From Alphaproteobacteria bacterium (GTDB lineage Bacteria > Pseudomonadota > Alphaproteobacteria > RF32 > CAG-239), in NCBI GenBank assembly GCA_045659785.1, contig JAZRCM010000002.1, positions 68,196-132,195 of the forward strand: 64,000 bases of DNA. Direction: 5' to 3'. Below the pieces are notes generated by a model. It did not search any database. It worked only from the letters and a program-made list of their open reading frames with translations, and was not told the DNA's origin. Positions within the stretch are counted from its first letter, which is position 1. Every line of letters begins with the position of its first letter. Positions 36,536-46,835 of this stretch are shown one piece after another. The position numbers and the translations under genes are program-made.

Positions 36536-39500
36536 TTACCTCTCGTATTTTTCTTGAAGTTTTCTGGAGTGCTCTCTAAAGTCACGTCCGGCACCTCTTT
36601 CGCCTTCAACATGTTTTCCGCCTAACAGTGCAGCATTCATATCATATGTGCTTACTTTACTTCCCTCTTTTTGGTAGTGCCCGTCAAGTTTCGGATTGAG
36701 AGAAATATCACGAGAATGTTTATAAGCATCTCCTCCGGCAATTGTCATATCGGCATATTCGGTAAAGTGACTTAAGGTAATCGCATTAACATAGTTATCT
36801 CTGGTCAAATTACTTTGCATCAAACTTTGACGAACTTCACCGATAATCATTGCATGAGAACGAGTGTCTTTAGCTTTCCTAATTTCATAGTCTTTTTTCA
36901 CACGGTCAACATCTATGGTATCTCTATTTTTCATGTGAGGAAGATTTCTTTCAACAATCTCGTCAAGTTTAGCTCGACGATCAAGTAAAAATTGATTCAT
37001 ATCTTTATCCGGTGCAGCTACTTTTCGTTCTTCCTCAACACGAGCGCAATAGTTCAACCATTGTTGATTCTTGCCCTCTTCGGTAATAGGATCAATACCA
37101 TAGACAATCTTATATTCGTCTAACAGCATTTTTTCAACCGGATCAACAACAGGGATAACCGGATCAACGGGATCGATAATCGGATCAACAGGATCGATAA
37201 TCGGGTCAACAGGATCGATAATCGGATCAACAGGATCAACTTGTGGTTCTGCTTTTGCTTCTACTCTATCAGCTTTTGCACCGGGACGGAGTTTTTCTTT
37301 CAGTTTTTTAATCCAGCCAAATCCGAACATACCGCCGGCAACTTCCGGAGTATCATTAACCATATTAGGAGTTTTAATGACAGTAGCCTCCGTTCTAATA
37401 CCTGTATCTCCAGGATTAAAGGAATCCAAACCAGCTTTACCTACTTCCGGTGCAAGATTCGAATGTCCGTTTGCTTCCATAGCATGTTGTATGTTATCTA
37501 ACATCTTCATACCATCTGAAGTCAAATTTTCCCCATTAAGCAACGATTTATGCAATTCCAAATAATCTCCACCGGCAACCTCTCTTGGTGTCATTCCAGT
37601 ATATGGTCCTTTATCAATTTCATAGTCCATATACTTATGTTCTCGTACAAATGCCAAAAACTTACGCATTACCACTTCAGCATTACCCGTATCATCCTTC
37701 ATATTTACTTCTGATAAACGCCCATTTATTTGAGAAACCATGTGTTCTCGTTGTTCAGGCGTAAACCAATTTTGTTGAGTATAATTATCCGGATTACGAT
37801 ATGCAGGAATATCATGAGGGCCTTCTCCGGTATATTCATACATAGTATTGCCGTCATTTCTGGCTGTGACAGTCTTAATATGTTCGTCAGTATATGTTTT
37901 TACATCAGGACCTTTTTCCGTAACGAAACCTTCCTGATGTTGTGTCGGAGTGATGTCATATTCCATAGCATGGCTTCGTCCCCACAGACTTCCTCCTACT
38001 GCAGCCATTCCGTTTACGGCACCTAAAAAACCTGATACAAGGCGATTATGCCCTGAAATTCGATTGTCTTTATATACTTGTACCATTCTGGTTGCTGCAC
38101 CTAAGGACATAGAACCAACAACACAAGCGGTCGCCGCAGCAACGGCAGGACCTGCCATTTCAGGAGCATTAACACAACAAATTGCGGCAGAACCGATTGC
38201 TAGTGCCGAAGTGGCTAATTGGGCATGGAACATTTTGTCTTTCTTGAACTCTTTCCAACCATATTTTTTACCTTCTGCTTTTGCTTGTTTTTTCTTGCGG
38301 TGAATTTGCCATATTGCAACACCTGCCGAAATTGTAACAGCAGCCCCCAGAGCAACAGCGTTAGTAACGGCACCGACACCACCGGTACCGACAACATTGG
38401 CCAAAGTTCTACCTGCTACATACCCGATACCTAGTGTCACACCGGCCCCTAACAATGAACGTTTAATAGAACCTGATTTAACTTGTTTTACACTCGGACC
38501 TCTATTTTTAGCCTTTTTATCAAAATCTTTAATTTGAGCAAAAAGCTTAGCCTTGATAAATTGAGTATTGGCACGACCTAACTTACTGTCTAAACGATTA
38601 GCATAAACCTCAACTTGATTAACTTGTCTGTCAATAGCGGAAGAATAAGCCTCCGGAGAAATGCTCACCCCCGATTTCAGTTGTCGTTCAAAATCAGCAA
38701 ATTCTTGGTCTTTGTCTGAAGTAAACTTATTCGGATTTTCATAATGATTTCTGATTGCATCTTCATTATGAATTTCAAACAATTTGAAAGGCACTCTCTC
38801 TTTTAATTGTTCAACCATAAAGTCTTTTGTCAGCTTCTCTTTAGAACCGAGATTTTGCATCAAAACATCATTACCGGCCAATTTCAAAACTGTTTCAAGC
38901 TGACTTCCTTCTGCAACAACCATTCCCGGTTTCCATACATCACTCATACGTGCCGGATCATTTTCATCTTTTGTCGGATCAACGAATTGAGGTATCGGTT
39001 TACCTTCATTATCGGTAAATTTGAAGTTACTGACTGTTTCAAGAAGTTCCTTGCCTAAAGTTTCCTCATCAAACTTGATATTATTTAGAATTTTAGTTCC
39101 GTCATGAATCCTTTGAGCAAAATCAATAGCTGTATCTTTAGGATTTTCACCGTTAGGAATATTCCACATTTCATCAAACGGTTTAACTTTTTCATCCATT
39201 TTTTCGGTAGAAGCTTTTATTGACTCTATTCTGTCGTTATTTGCTTTAATTTCCGCCTCTATTTCGGCAATTCTTTCTGCATCTTTATTTTTATTGAGCC
39301 ATTTTTTCTCTTTTTCTAGTTTTTTGTTTGCTTCTTCAATATCTAACTGACGAACTCTAAACATGTGCATATAGCCATCATAAGCATCAGCAACATTGGT
39401 TATGTCTGTTAAATAGAAATTTTCATCATTAGCAAAATTGCTTTGTAATGAATCCATCTGTTCGCGAACAATATTGAGCTTACTTTCTAAATCCGCTTTT

Positions 39501-41410
39501 TCTTCTTCCTTAGCCGATTTCATACGTTCTTCTAAATTTTGATATGCATATACGGCTAACTCCGGTGTCAGCAAATCGGAATCTTCTGCATTTAAAAGTT
39601 TATCAACAACTCTGCTCTTATATTCTTTAGGCTTTTTAACTTTTGCTTCTGATTCTGCAACAAACATAAATGCCTCTTGAGCAGCGACTAAATCTTCTCC
39701 GAACAGTGCGGCTGAATGTTTGTCGGCATCTTCACGGCTGATAATTTCCATATCAACCATAGCATCTAACTGTTTTACGGCTAAACGTTGACTGTTTTCA
39801 AAGTTATTAGGACTTCTCAAACGAGCTCCTTGAGTATTTTGTTGCTCTCTTGTCTTTCCTTGTTCAATATCAGACAGTTCTTGCTGTTTTTCACCAATCG
39901 GTTGTTCATCTATCAACAACTCTTCGTCTTCACTAATTGTTCCTGATACATTTGTCGGCTCTTCTTTTTTTACACCTTCAGCAAGAGCAGCAGCCCCAAT
40001 TCCTGCCGCAGTAACACCGGCGGCAACAGCTAAACCTTTTTCGGCAAAAGCTTTTTTAACTCCGTTATTTGCGGTTCTCTCAAAGTCTTCATCTAATTTT
40101 TCTTTAGCTTTGCGTCTGTCTTCATCAGTTTTTAATGTCGGATTGTGCTCTATATATTCGTATAAAACACCCCATTGTTCTGCTGTTCTGTGTTTTCCGG
40201 CAACATTTGAACGAATATAACGATTATTTTCTTGAAGATAAGCTACTCGGTCTTTTTCTTCCGTTTGAACAGGAGTTTCTTGTTGTCCTCTTTCTTCAGC
40301 CGGTATATATGCAACTAAACCGGATTTTAACTTTCCATCTTCATCTAGGAGAATTTTTGCAGCGGCTTCATTATCCTTTATAACATGCGGGATATAATTA
40401 ATGGTTCTGTCTATATATTTGTCAACCGAACATTCATTTCTATCAATAGAAGTACTAATTTTTTTATTAAATTCTTCTACAGCTTGTTTTCTTTCTTCTT
40501 CTGTTTTAGCCGTAACAACTGAAGAAGTAAGTTCATCTATTGCCACATGTAAATCTTTTAAGTAATTATTCTGCGCTTTTACTTCTTTTTCTATTTTCTC
40601 AATTTTCTCATAAATACTGGCTTTTTCCTCAGTAACTTGCGGATTCAATTTTTCATAGGCCAAACGTTGACCGGCTAATTGTGCTTCGCTTGTTAAGTCA
40701 TATTTATTACCGCTTTCGTGACTTTGCAAATGACCTTGAGCATCAGCAACATACTCCTTTCCGAATTTGCTGATAAATTCGCCCATCGGAGCAATTGCAT
40801 CTGGGGTAACGCTGATACGACCTTCTCCATAGTCTTTGATGATTTTTGAACATAACTGAACATGTTCTTCAAAAAGTTGTCTGTGAATTTTTTCATAATT
40901 CGGATTATTGGCTTTAAGTATGTCACTATTCTCAACTTCTTCGGGCTTGAGCAAATAAATATCCATTTGTTTCATTAACAATTCGATGTCTTCTGCATTA
41001 TATTCCGTTTTTACATCGTCCATCGATTTGGTTTCTACACCTTTCATCATTGAGGTAACTCGGTTGGCAATTTCTTCATGAGAAGAATTTTCCGCCGTTG
41101 TATGGTCCGTATATACGGTTGTACCTATTGTGTCGTTGAACTTTTCAAGAACTTGTTTCTTTTCGTCTTCGGTAGAAGCATTTTCTAAACCTTTCTTCAA
41201 CTCATCGATAGCTTCTTTAAGCTTTACATCTTCATCTTGCTTAGATGACTTTTCTTTCTTAAGCTCATAAACTTTAGCTAAAATCTCATCTTTTTTAGCT
41301 TCGCTGATACCGGAGGTTTGATCCAAGTCATATCCGCTGTTAAGCAACAACCCCAAATCCTCATTAGAAATCCCTAAATCTGTAAGAGAATAAGTTTTTA
41401 CATCAGCCAT
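36536..41410 (-). CDS. giant paralogous-family protein (1624 aa) with glycine-zipper hydrophobic module
   Basis: Uninterrupted ORF, GAAAGG SD. N-terminal ~460 aa are homologous to the 805-aa protein at 46836. Gly/Ala-rich TM cluster at about aa 985-1145. DPVDPII x4 repeat near the C-terminus. No signal peptide. Confidence 0.85.
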   Translation of the reverse strand: MADVKTYSLTDLGISNEDLGLLLNSGYDLDQTSGISEAKKDEILAKVYELKKEKSSKQDEDVKLKEAIDELKKGLENASTEDEKKQVLEKFNDTIGTTVYTDHTTAENSSHEEIANRVTSMMKGVETKSMDDVKTEYNAEDIELLMKQMDIYLLKPEEVENSDILKANNPNYEKIHRQLFEEHVQLCSKIIKDYGEGRISVTPDAIAPMGEFISKFGKEYVADAQGHLQSHESGNKYDLTSEAQLAGQRLAYEKLNPQVTEEKASIYEKIEKIEKEVKAQNNYLKDLHVAIDELTSSVVTAKTEEERKQAVEEFNKKISTSIDRNECSVDKYIDRTINYIPHVIKDNEAAAKILLDEDGKLKSGLVAYIPAEERGQQETPVQTEEKDRVAYLQENNRYIRSNVAGKHRTAEQWGVLYEYIEHNPTLKTDEDRRKAKEKLDEDFERTANNGVKKAFAEKGLAVAAGVTAAGIGAAALAEGVKKEEPTNVSGTISEDEELLIDEQPIGEKQQELSDIEQGKTREQQNTQGARLRSPNNFENSQRLAVKQLDAMVDMEIISREDADKHSAALFGEDLVAAQEAFMFVAESEAKVKKPKEYKSRVVDKLLNAEDSDLLTPELAVYAYQNLEERMKSAKEEEKADLESKLNIVREQMDSLQSNFANDENFYLTDITNVADAYDGYMHMFRVRQLDIEEANKKLEKEKKWLNKNKDAERIAEIEAEIKANNDRIESIKASTEKMDEKVKPFDEMWNIPNGENPKDTAIDFAQRIHDGTKILNNIKFDEETLGKELLETVSNFKFTDNEGKPIPQFVDPTKDENDPARMSDVWKPGMVVAEGSQLETVLKLAGNDVLMQNLGSKEKLTKDFMVEQLKERVPFKLFEIHNEDAIRNHYENPNKFTSDKDQEFADFERQLKSGVSISPEAYSSAIDRQVNQVEVYANRLDSKLGRANTQFIKAKLFAQIKDFDKKAKNRGPSVKQVKSGSIKRSLLGAGVTLGIGYVAGRTLANVVGTGGVGAVTNAVALGAAVTISAGVAIWQIHRKKKQAKAEGKKYGWKEFKKDKMFHAQLATSALAIGSAAICCVNAPEMAGPAVAAATACVVGSMSLGAATRMVQVYKDNRISGHNRLVSGFLGAVNGMAAVGGSLWGRSHAMEYDITPTQHQEGFVTEKGPDVKTYTDEHIKTVTARNDGNTMYEYTGEGPHDIPAYRNPDNYTQQNWFTPEQREHMVSQINGRLSEVNMKDDTGNAEVVMRKFLAFVREHKYMDYEIDKGPYTGMTPREVAGGDYLELHKSLLNGENLTSDGMKMLDNIQHAMEANGHSNLAPEVGKAGLDSFNPGDTGIRTEATVIKTPNMVNDTPEVAGGMFGFGWIKKLKEKLRPGAKADRVEAKAEPQVDPVDPIIDPVDPIIDPVDPIIDPVDPVIPVVDPVEKMLLDEYKIVYGIDPITEEGKNQQWLNYCARVEEERKVAAPDKDMNQFLLDRRAKLDEIVERNLPHMKNRDTIDVDRVKKDYEIRKAKDTRSHAMIIGEVRQSLMQSNLTRDNYVNAITLSHFTEYADMTIAGGDAYKHSRDISLNPKLDGHYQKEGSKVSTYDMNAALLGGKHVEGERGAGRDFREHSRKLQEKYER
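37139..37240 (-). repeat. 21-bp coding tandem repeat (about 4.8 units)
   Basis: Units ggatcaac(a/g)ggatcgataatc at 37161, 37182 and 37203, a partial unit at 37224, and a degenerate unit at 37139. Encodes PVDPII-DPVDPII-DPVDPII-DPVDPV. Confidence 0.9.
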
Positions 41411-41545
41411 AACAACAACCTTTCAATAATAAAATTAGCCAATTATTTGCATATTAGCACATTTTTTTCAAAAACAAAAGCTTTTTTGTCTATTCTATGT
41501 TAAAGTTATGTTACAAAAAAGACACCTTTTCGGTGTCTTTATAAA

Positions 41546-42445
41546 TCAGTCGGTTATAATCCTTTGCCCCTTTTTAGCGGAAACGATAACTTTTTTTATT
41601 TCCATTTTATTCAGTTGTCGATATTCATCCAACGCAGCAGTCACAACCGCACCGAATAAAACCACCGCCCAAGATAAATACGTCCAAATGAGGAATATGG
41701 GAATAATCGCCAAAGCACCGTAAAGTGTGGAATATGTAGTGTTTGACATTACAAATGAACCAAATCCCATTCTTAAAAATCCGAACAAGATTACGGCAAC
41801 AACAGAACCGCAAAAAGCATTTAATATCGAAACTTTCTTATTCGGTACCAAAACATATACCAGCATCAATGTTGCAATAGTAATAAGCGGAGGAATAAAA
41901 TAGCCGATTACAAATTGAGAAGCTTCGCCGTCAACATCTACAAATTTTTTGAGAGTGTACAAATATCCACGCATGGAAAATGCCGTACCTAAAAGAAGCG
42001 GTCCCAATGTTATTACCGTCCAATAAAGTGTAACTTTAGTAGCAATCGGACGAGGCTGTGTCACCTTAAATATATAATTAAAACTGTCTTCAATAGTCGA
42101 TAACAACAAAATCGCCGTAACAGCAATACCACTAACTCCCATTGTACCGAGTTGACCGGAGTTTTTAACAATAACTTCAAGATATTGCCTGATTTCTTCT
42201 TCAAATGAAGGTGTTAAATTTTTAAACAGAAAATCAGCCAGCTGTGTTCTTACCGGATCAAAAACGGGAAAGGCGGAGAAAATGGCAATACCTATTGCTA
42301 ACAACGGAACAATGGCGATAAGTGATGTATATGCCAAGGAAGAGGCAACTCTGAAAACCGCATCAGCCTTTGCTCTTTTGGTTAAGAAAAACACAAAATC
42401 AGAAAAAAGCTTTACTTTCTTCGATATAAGGTTTTTAAACTCCAT
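41546..42445 (-). CDS. YihY/BrkB family membrane protein
   Basis: 299 aa from ATG 42445 (GAGGTG SD). RVASSLAYTSLIAIVPLLAI and 6 TM helices are typical of the YihY/virulence factor BrkB family. Hairpin terminator at 41515-41545. Confidence 0.8.
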   Translation of the reverse strand: MEFKNLISKKVKLFSDFVFFLTKRAKADAVFRVASSLAYTSLIAIVPLLAIGIAIFSAFPVFDPVRTQLADFLFKNLTPSFEEEIRQYLEVIVKNSGQLGTMGVSGIAVTAILLLSTIEDSFNYIFKVTQPRPIATKVTLYWTVITLGPLLLGTAFSMRGYLYTLKKFVDVDGEASQFVIGYFIPPLITIATLMLVYVLVPNKKVSILNAFCGSVVAVILFGFLRMGFGSFVMSNTTYSTLYGALAIIPIFLIWTYLSWAVVLFGAVVTAALDEYRQLNKMEIKKVIVSAKKGQRIITD

Positions 42446-42553
42446 AATCCACCTCAAATAAAAAAACAGTTTACAAAAAAAATTAAATCCTATAAATATT
42501 CAATCAAGTTCACTTAATATAATAGTTTAATAATAAAAGCAAAGGAAAAATAA

Positions 42554-43384
42554 ATGATTAGTAACCAACTGTTGATGAGTGGGAAAAAAGGACTTATTAT
42601 GGGCTTGGCCAATGACAAGTCTATTGCTTGGGGGATTGCTCAAGCTTTGAATGCTCAAGGTGCTCAAATCGCAATTTCATATCAAAATGAAACTTTGCAA
42701 AAAAGAGTTGAACCTTTAGCTGCTCAACTTGACCAAGAACCATTGTTGATTAAGTGCGATGTTTCCGACTCTGCAAGTGTTGAAGCTTGTTTCAAAGAAC
42801 TTGGCGAAAAATGGGGAAAAATCGATTTTGTTGTTCATGCCATCGGTTTTTCTGACAAAAACGAGTTGAGAGGTCGCACTATCGATACATCTTTGGCAAA
42901 TTTCACTAATACAATGCACATTTCTTGCTATTCGTTTTTAGAAGCTTGTCGTTGTGCATCTCCGATTATGAACGAGAACGGCTCTATCTTAACCCTTTCA
43001 TATTTAGGTGGAGAACGCGTATTGCCTAATTATAATATTATGGGTGTTGCAAAAGCTGCATTAGAGGCCTCTGTTCGTGCCGCAGCCGTAGATATGGGAG
43101 CTCAAGCTGTCAGAGTTAATGCTATTTCTGCAGGTCCGATTAAAACTTTGGCTGCTTCAGGTATCGGTGATTTCCGCAAAATTTTGCACTGGAACGAACT
43201 TAATGCTCCTTTGCGTCGTAACATCACTCAAGATGAAGTCGGTGGTATGGCATTAGCTTTGTTGTCAGGATTAGGTTCCGCAGTCAGCGGTGAAGTACTT
43301 CACGTTGATGCCGGATACCATATTGTCGGTATGATTAATCTTGATAATGCTCAAGAATGTGGAAAAATGCTCATCGAAGGCTAA
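42554..43384 (+). CDS. fabI: enoyl-[acyl-carrier-protein] reductase (NADH) FabI
   Basis: 276 aa. GKKGLIMGLANDKSIAWGIA, SYLGGERVLPNYNIMGVAKAALE (Tyr-x6-Lys) typical of FabI. Confidence 0.9.
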   Translation: MISNQLLMSGKKGLIMGLANDKSIAWGIAQALNAQGAQIAISYQNETLQKRVEPLAAQLDQEPLLIKCDVSDSASVEACFKELGEKWGKIDFVVHAIGFSDKNELRGRTIDTSLANFTNTMHISCYSFLEACRCASPIMNENGSILTLSYLGGERVLPNYNIMGVAKAALEASVRAAAVDMGAQAVRVNAISAGPIKTLAASGIGDFRKILHWNELNAPLRRNITQDEVGGMALALLSGLGSAVSGEVLHVDAGYHIVGMINLDNAQECGKMLIEG

Positions 43385-43473
43385 AACATACTTGATTTTA
43401 AAGCAGATAACCTTATTATGAGCCGTTGAAAAAACTCAATGGCTCTGTTTTTTTGAAAAAAGGAAATTTAATA

Positions 43474-43761
43474 ATGGCGATAGATACACAAACAGTAATA
43501 AAAATAGCTTCGCTGTCGCGTCTTAAGATAGATGAAGACAAAGTAGAAGCCACAAAAGATGAATTTAATAAAATTATAAATTGGGTGGAACAACTCAGCG
43601 AAGTTGATACTGACGGCGTAGAGCCGATGTTTGCCGTAAATGATACTCAACTTGCATGTCGTGAAGATGTGGTAGTTGAGGGAAATCAAGCCGATAAAAT
43701 TTTGAAAAATGCACCGATAGCAGAATATGATTATTTTGTTGTCCCTAAGGTTGTGGAGTAA
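43474..43761 (+). CDS. gatC: Asp/Glu-tRNA amidotransferase subunit C
   Basis: 95 aa from ATG 43474 (AAAGGA SD). [15 protein letters not shown]...[18 protein letters not shown] is the typical GatC pattern. Confidence 0.85.
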   Translation: MAIDTQTVIKIASLSRLKIDEDKVEATKDEFNKIINWVEQLSEVDTDGVEPMFAVNDTQLACREDVVVEGNQADKILKNAPIAEYDYFVVPKVVE

Positions 43762-43766
43762 GAAAA

Positions 43767-45224
43767 ATGGCTGATATTACAAAATTAACTATCGCTCAAA
43801 CTTTAGATTGTTTGAAAAATAAAGAATTTACTTCTACCGAATTAACTCAGGCTTATATTAAGTCAATGGAAGATAATCGTGACTTAAATGCCTATGTTTT
43901 GGAAACACCGGAAACTGCATTGCAACAAGCAAAAATATCTGATGCAAAATATGCTGACGGAACAAATCGCACATTAGAAGGTATTCCTCTGGGTATCAAA
44001 GATTTATTTTGCACTAAAGACATCAGAACAACAGCTTGTTCTCACATGTTAGACAGTTTTGTACCGCAGTACGAATCTACCGTAACAAGCAAACTTTTTA
44101 ATGATGGTGCAGTTTGTTTAGGCAAGCTCAATATGGATGAGTTTGCTATGGGCGGAAGCAATGAAAACAGCTATTTCGGTCCGGTTATCAATCCGTGGCA
44201 CAGAGAAAGAAAGCTTGTTGCCGGAGGTTCTTCCGGTGGTTCTGCTGCGGCTGTATCTGCAAATATTTGTGCAGCTGCAACCGGAACTGATACCGGAGGT
44301 TCTATTCGTCAACCTGCCGCTTTTTGCGGTGTTACCGGTATAAAGCCGACTTATGGTCGTTGTTCTCGTTACGGAATTATGGCCTTTGCATCTTCCTTGG
44401 ACCAAGCAGGTCCTATTGCTAAAGATGTTCGAGATTGTGCCATTTTGTTAAAATCTATGGCCGGATACGATGCAAAAGATTCTACTTCCGTAAATATTTC
44501 CGTTCCGGATTTTGAAAAAGTTTTAGGAAATAGTGTAAAAGGATTGAAAATCGGTATTCCTGCCGAATATCGTCCTCAGGGCTTAAATGAGGAAATGGCT
44601 ACATATTGGGATAAAGGTATAGAAATATTAAGACAAGCCGGTGCGGAAATTGTAAACATTTCATTACCTCACACAAAATATGCTTTGGCCGCATACTATA
44701 TTATTGCACCGGCAGAAGCATCTTCAAACTTATCTCGCTATGATGGTTTGCGATATGGCTTGCGTGTAAACGGCAACAGCATTGATGATATGTATACAAA
44801 TAGCCGTACTTCAGGCTTCGGAAAAGAAGTAAAACGTCGTATTATGGTCGGAACTTACGTTCTTTCTGCCGGTTATTATGATGCATACTATATTAAAGCT
44901 CAAAAAGTTCGTCGCCTGATTAAAAATGACTTTAACAATGCTTTTGAAAAATGTGATGTAATCTTAACACCGACATCTCCGGTTACAGCATTCCCTATTG
45001 GCGATAAATCCATGCAAGAAAATCCGATAAATATGTGGCTTAACGACGTATTTACCGTTTCGGTAAACTTGGCCGGGCTTCCGGGAATGAGCTTGCCCGT
45101 AGGATTGTCAAAAGACGGTTTACCTATGGGATTACAATTAATCGGAAAATCTTTTGACGAAGAAACAATCTTTAAAACAGCACATATATTAGAACAAGAA
45201 ACAAAATTTGAGAGGCTGAAATAA
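43767..45224 (+). CDS. gatA: Asp/Glu-tRNA amidotransferase subunit A
   Basis: 485 aa. Amidase signature [13 protein letters not shown]...[13 protein letters not shown]. Confidence 0.95.
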   Translation: MADITKLTIAQTLDCLKNKEFTSTELTQAYIKSMEDNRDLNAYVLETPETALQQAKISDAKYADGTNRTLEGIPLGIKDLFCTKDIRTTACSHMLDSFVPQYESTVTSKLFNDGAVCLGKLNMDEFAMGGSNENSYFGPVINPWHRERKLVAGGSSGGSAAAVSANICAAATGTDTGGSIRQPAAFCGVTGIKPTYGRCSRYGIMAFASSLDQAGPIAKDVRDCAILLKSMAGYDAKDSTSVNISVPDFEKVLGNSVKGLKIGIPAEYRPQGLNEEMATYWDKGIEILRQAGAEIVNISLPHTKYALAAYYIIAPAEASSNLSRYDGLRYGLRVNGNSIDDMYTNSRTSGFGKEVKRRIMVGTYVLSAGYYDAYYIKAQKVRRLIKNDFNNAFEKCDVILTPTSPVTAFPIGDKSMQENPINMWLNDVFTVSVNLAGLPGMSLPVGLSKDGLPMGLQLIGKSFDEETIFKTAHILEQETKFERLK

Positions 45225-45225
45225 A

Positions 45226-46671
45226 ATGATATTAGAAGGAAAAACAGGAAATTGGGAAATTGTTTGCGGTTTGGAAATTCACTGCCAAATAATTTCAAAA
45301 TCTAAAATTTTTAGTTCTGCTTCAACAAATTTCGGCTGTGATGCAAATCAAAATGTATCTTTTGTTGATGTGGCTATGCCGGGAATGTTACCGACATTAA
45401 ATATGGAATGTGTGAACCAAGCGGTTAAAACCGGTTTGGGATTGCGTGCAAAAATCAATAAATATTCGGTATTCTCACGCAAAAACTACTTTTATGCGGA
45501 TTTACCTCAAGGATATCAAATTACCCAATTTGAATATCCTATTGTAGGCGAAGGTGTTGTATCTATTGATTTAGAAGACGGAAGCACAAAAGATATCAGA
45601 ATTGAACGTATGCACATCGAACAAGATACGGGAAAATCTTTGCACGATATGTCTCCGACAAAGAGCTTTATCGACTTCAACCGTGCAGGCGTAGGTTTGA
45701 TGGAAATTGTTACTCGTCCGGACTTTAGTTCTTCGGAAGAAGCCGGAGCATTTTTGAAAAAATTACGCTCTATTCTGCGCTATTTAGGAACTTGCGACGG
45801 CAATATGGACGAAGGTTCTATGCGTTGTGATGCCAGTGTGTCTGTTAGAAAAACAGGAGAGACAGTTTTTCGTCCTCGTGCCGAAATTAAAAACGTAAAC
45901 TCGGTGAAATTTGTAATGCAGGCTATTGATGCAGAAGCAAGACGGCAAATTGAAGTTTATGAAAACGGTGAAGAATTTGAACAGGAAACTCGTCAGTTTG
46001 ATCCGGTTAGCGGACAAACTAAATTTATGCGCAAAAAAGAATTTGCTCATGATTATCGTTATTTTCCGGAACCGGATTTACCACCGCTTGTCTTGAGTGA
46101 TGAATATATAGAAGGTATAAAAAATCAGCTTCCGGAATTGCCTGATGCTAAAAAAGCTCGCTTTATTGAAACAATGGGGCTCACAAAATATGATGCAATG
46201 GTAATTTGTGAAAACAAAGAAACTGCCGAATTTTTTGAAAAAGCTGCAAACGGTCATGACGGTAAAAAAGTTGCAAACTGGTTGATGGGCGATTTTTTTG
46301 CAATGTTGAATCGCAAAAATCTGACCATAGACAATTCTCCGGTATCTGCAGAAAACTTGGGCAAACTGGTTGATTTAATCGAAAAGAACATAATCTCGGG
46401 CAAAATTGCAAAAGACGTTTTTGAAATTATGTCAGAAACAGGGGATGATCCTGAAAAAATCGTTGAAGAAAAAGGTTTGAAACAAGTTACGGATACTTCT
46501 GCAATTGAAGCTATTGTCGATATGGTTATTGCAAATAATCCGGATAATGTTACCGCTTTTCGTAACGGCAAGACCAACCTTAAAGGCTGGTTTGTCGGTC
46601 AGGTTATAAAAGAATCGAAAGGCAAAGCTAATCCGCAAATCGTCAATGAGCTTTTAGCTAAAAAATTATAA
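45226..46671 (+). CDS. gatB: Asp/Glu-tRNA amidotransferase subunit B
   Basis: 481 aa. [30 protein letters not shown], and a C-terminal YqeY-like tail. 1-nt gap from gatA. Confidence 0.95.
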   Translation: MILEGKTGNWEIVCGLEIHCQIISKSKIFSSASTNFGCDANQNVSFVDVAMPGMLPTLNMECVNQAVKTGLGLRAKINKYSVFSRKNYFYADLPQGYQITQFEYPIVGEGVVSIDLEDGSTKDIRIERMHIEQDTGKSLHDMSPTKSFIDFNRAGVGLMEIVTRPDFSSSEEAGAFLKKLRSILRYLGTCDGNMDEGSMRCDASVSVRKTGETVFRPRAEIKNVNSVKFVMQAIDAEARRQIEVYENGEEFEQETRQFDPVSGQTKFMRKKEFAHDYRYFPEPDLPPLVLSDEYIEGIKNQLPELPDAKKARFIETMGLTKYDAMVICENKETAEFFEKAANGHDGKKVANWLMGDFFAMLNRKNLTIDNSPVSAENLGKLVDLIEKNIISGKIAKDVFEIMSETGDDPEKIVEEKGLKQVTDTSAIEAIVDMVIANNPDNVTAFRNGKTNLKGWFVGQVIKESKGKANPQIVNELLAKKL

Positions 46672-46758
46672 GCAAAGCAGCCGAAAGGCTGCTTTTTGTT
46701 TATTAAATATTCATAAATATCTGTTTAAATCCAACTTATGGATAAAAATTTACAAAAA

Positions 46759-46786
46759 TTGACAAAAACACTTTTCTTTTTAAAAT
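46759..46786 (+). promoter_or_regulatory. candidate sigma70-type promoter of the 805-aa paralogue
   Basis: TTGACA (46759-46764), 16 nt spacer, TAAAAT (46781-46786), about 50 nt upstream of the ATG. Confidence 0.4.
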
Positions 46787-46835
46787 TTTTGTTGTATAGT
46801 AACATAAATGAATAAAATTTTGAGGGAGATTTAAC

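Noticed and set aside
37139-37240. Short tandem repeats as a possible CRISPR array or minisatellite.
   Set aside because: The units are contiguous with no spacers, have a 21-bp period in frame, and lie inside a long ORF. This is a coding repeat.
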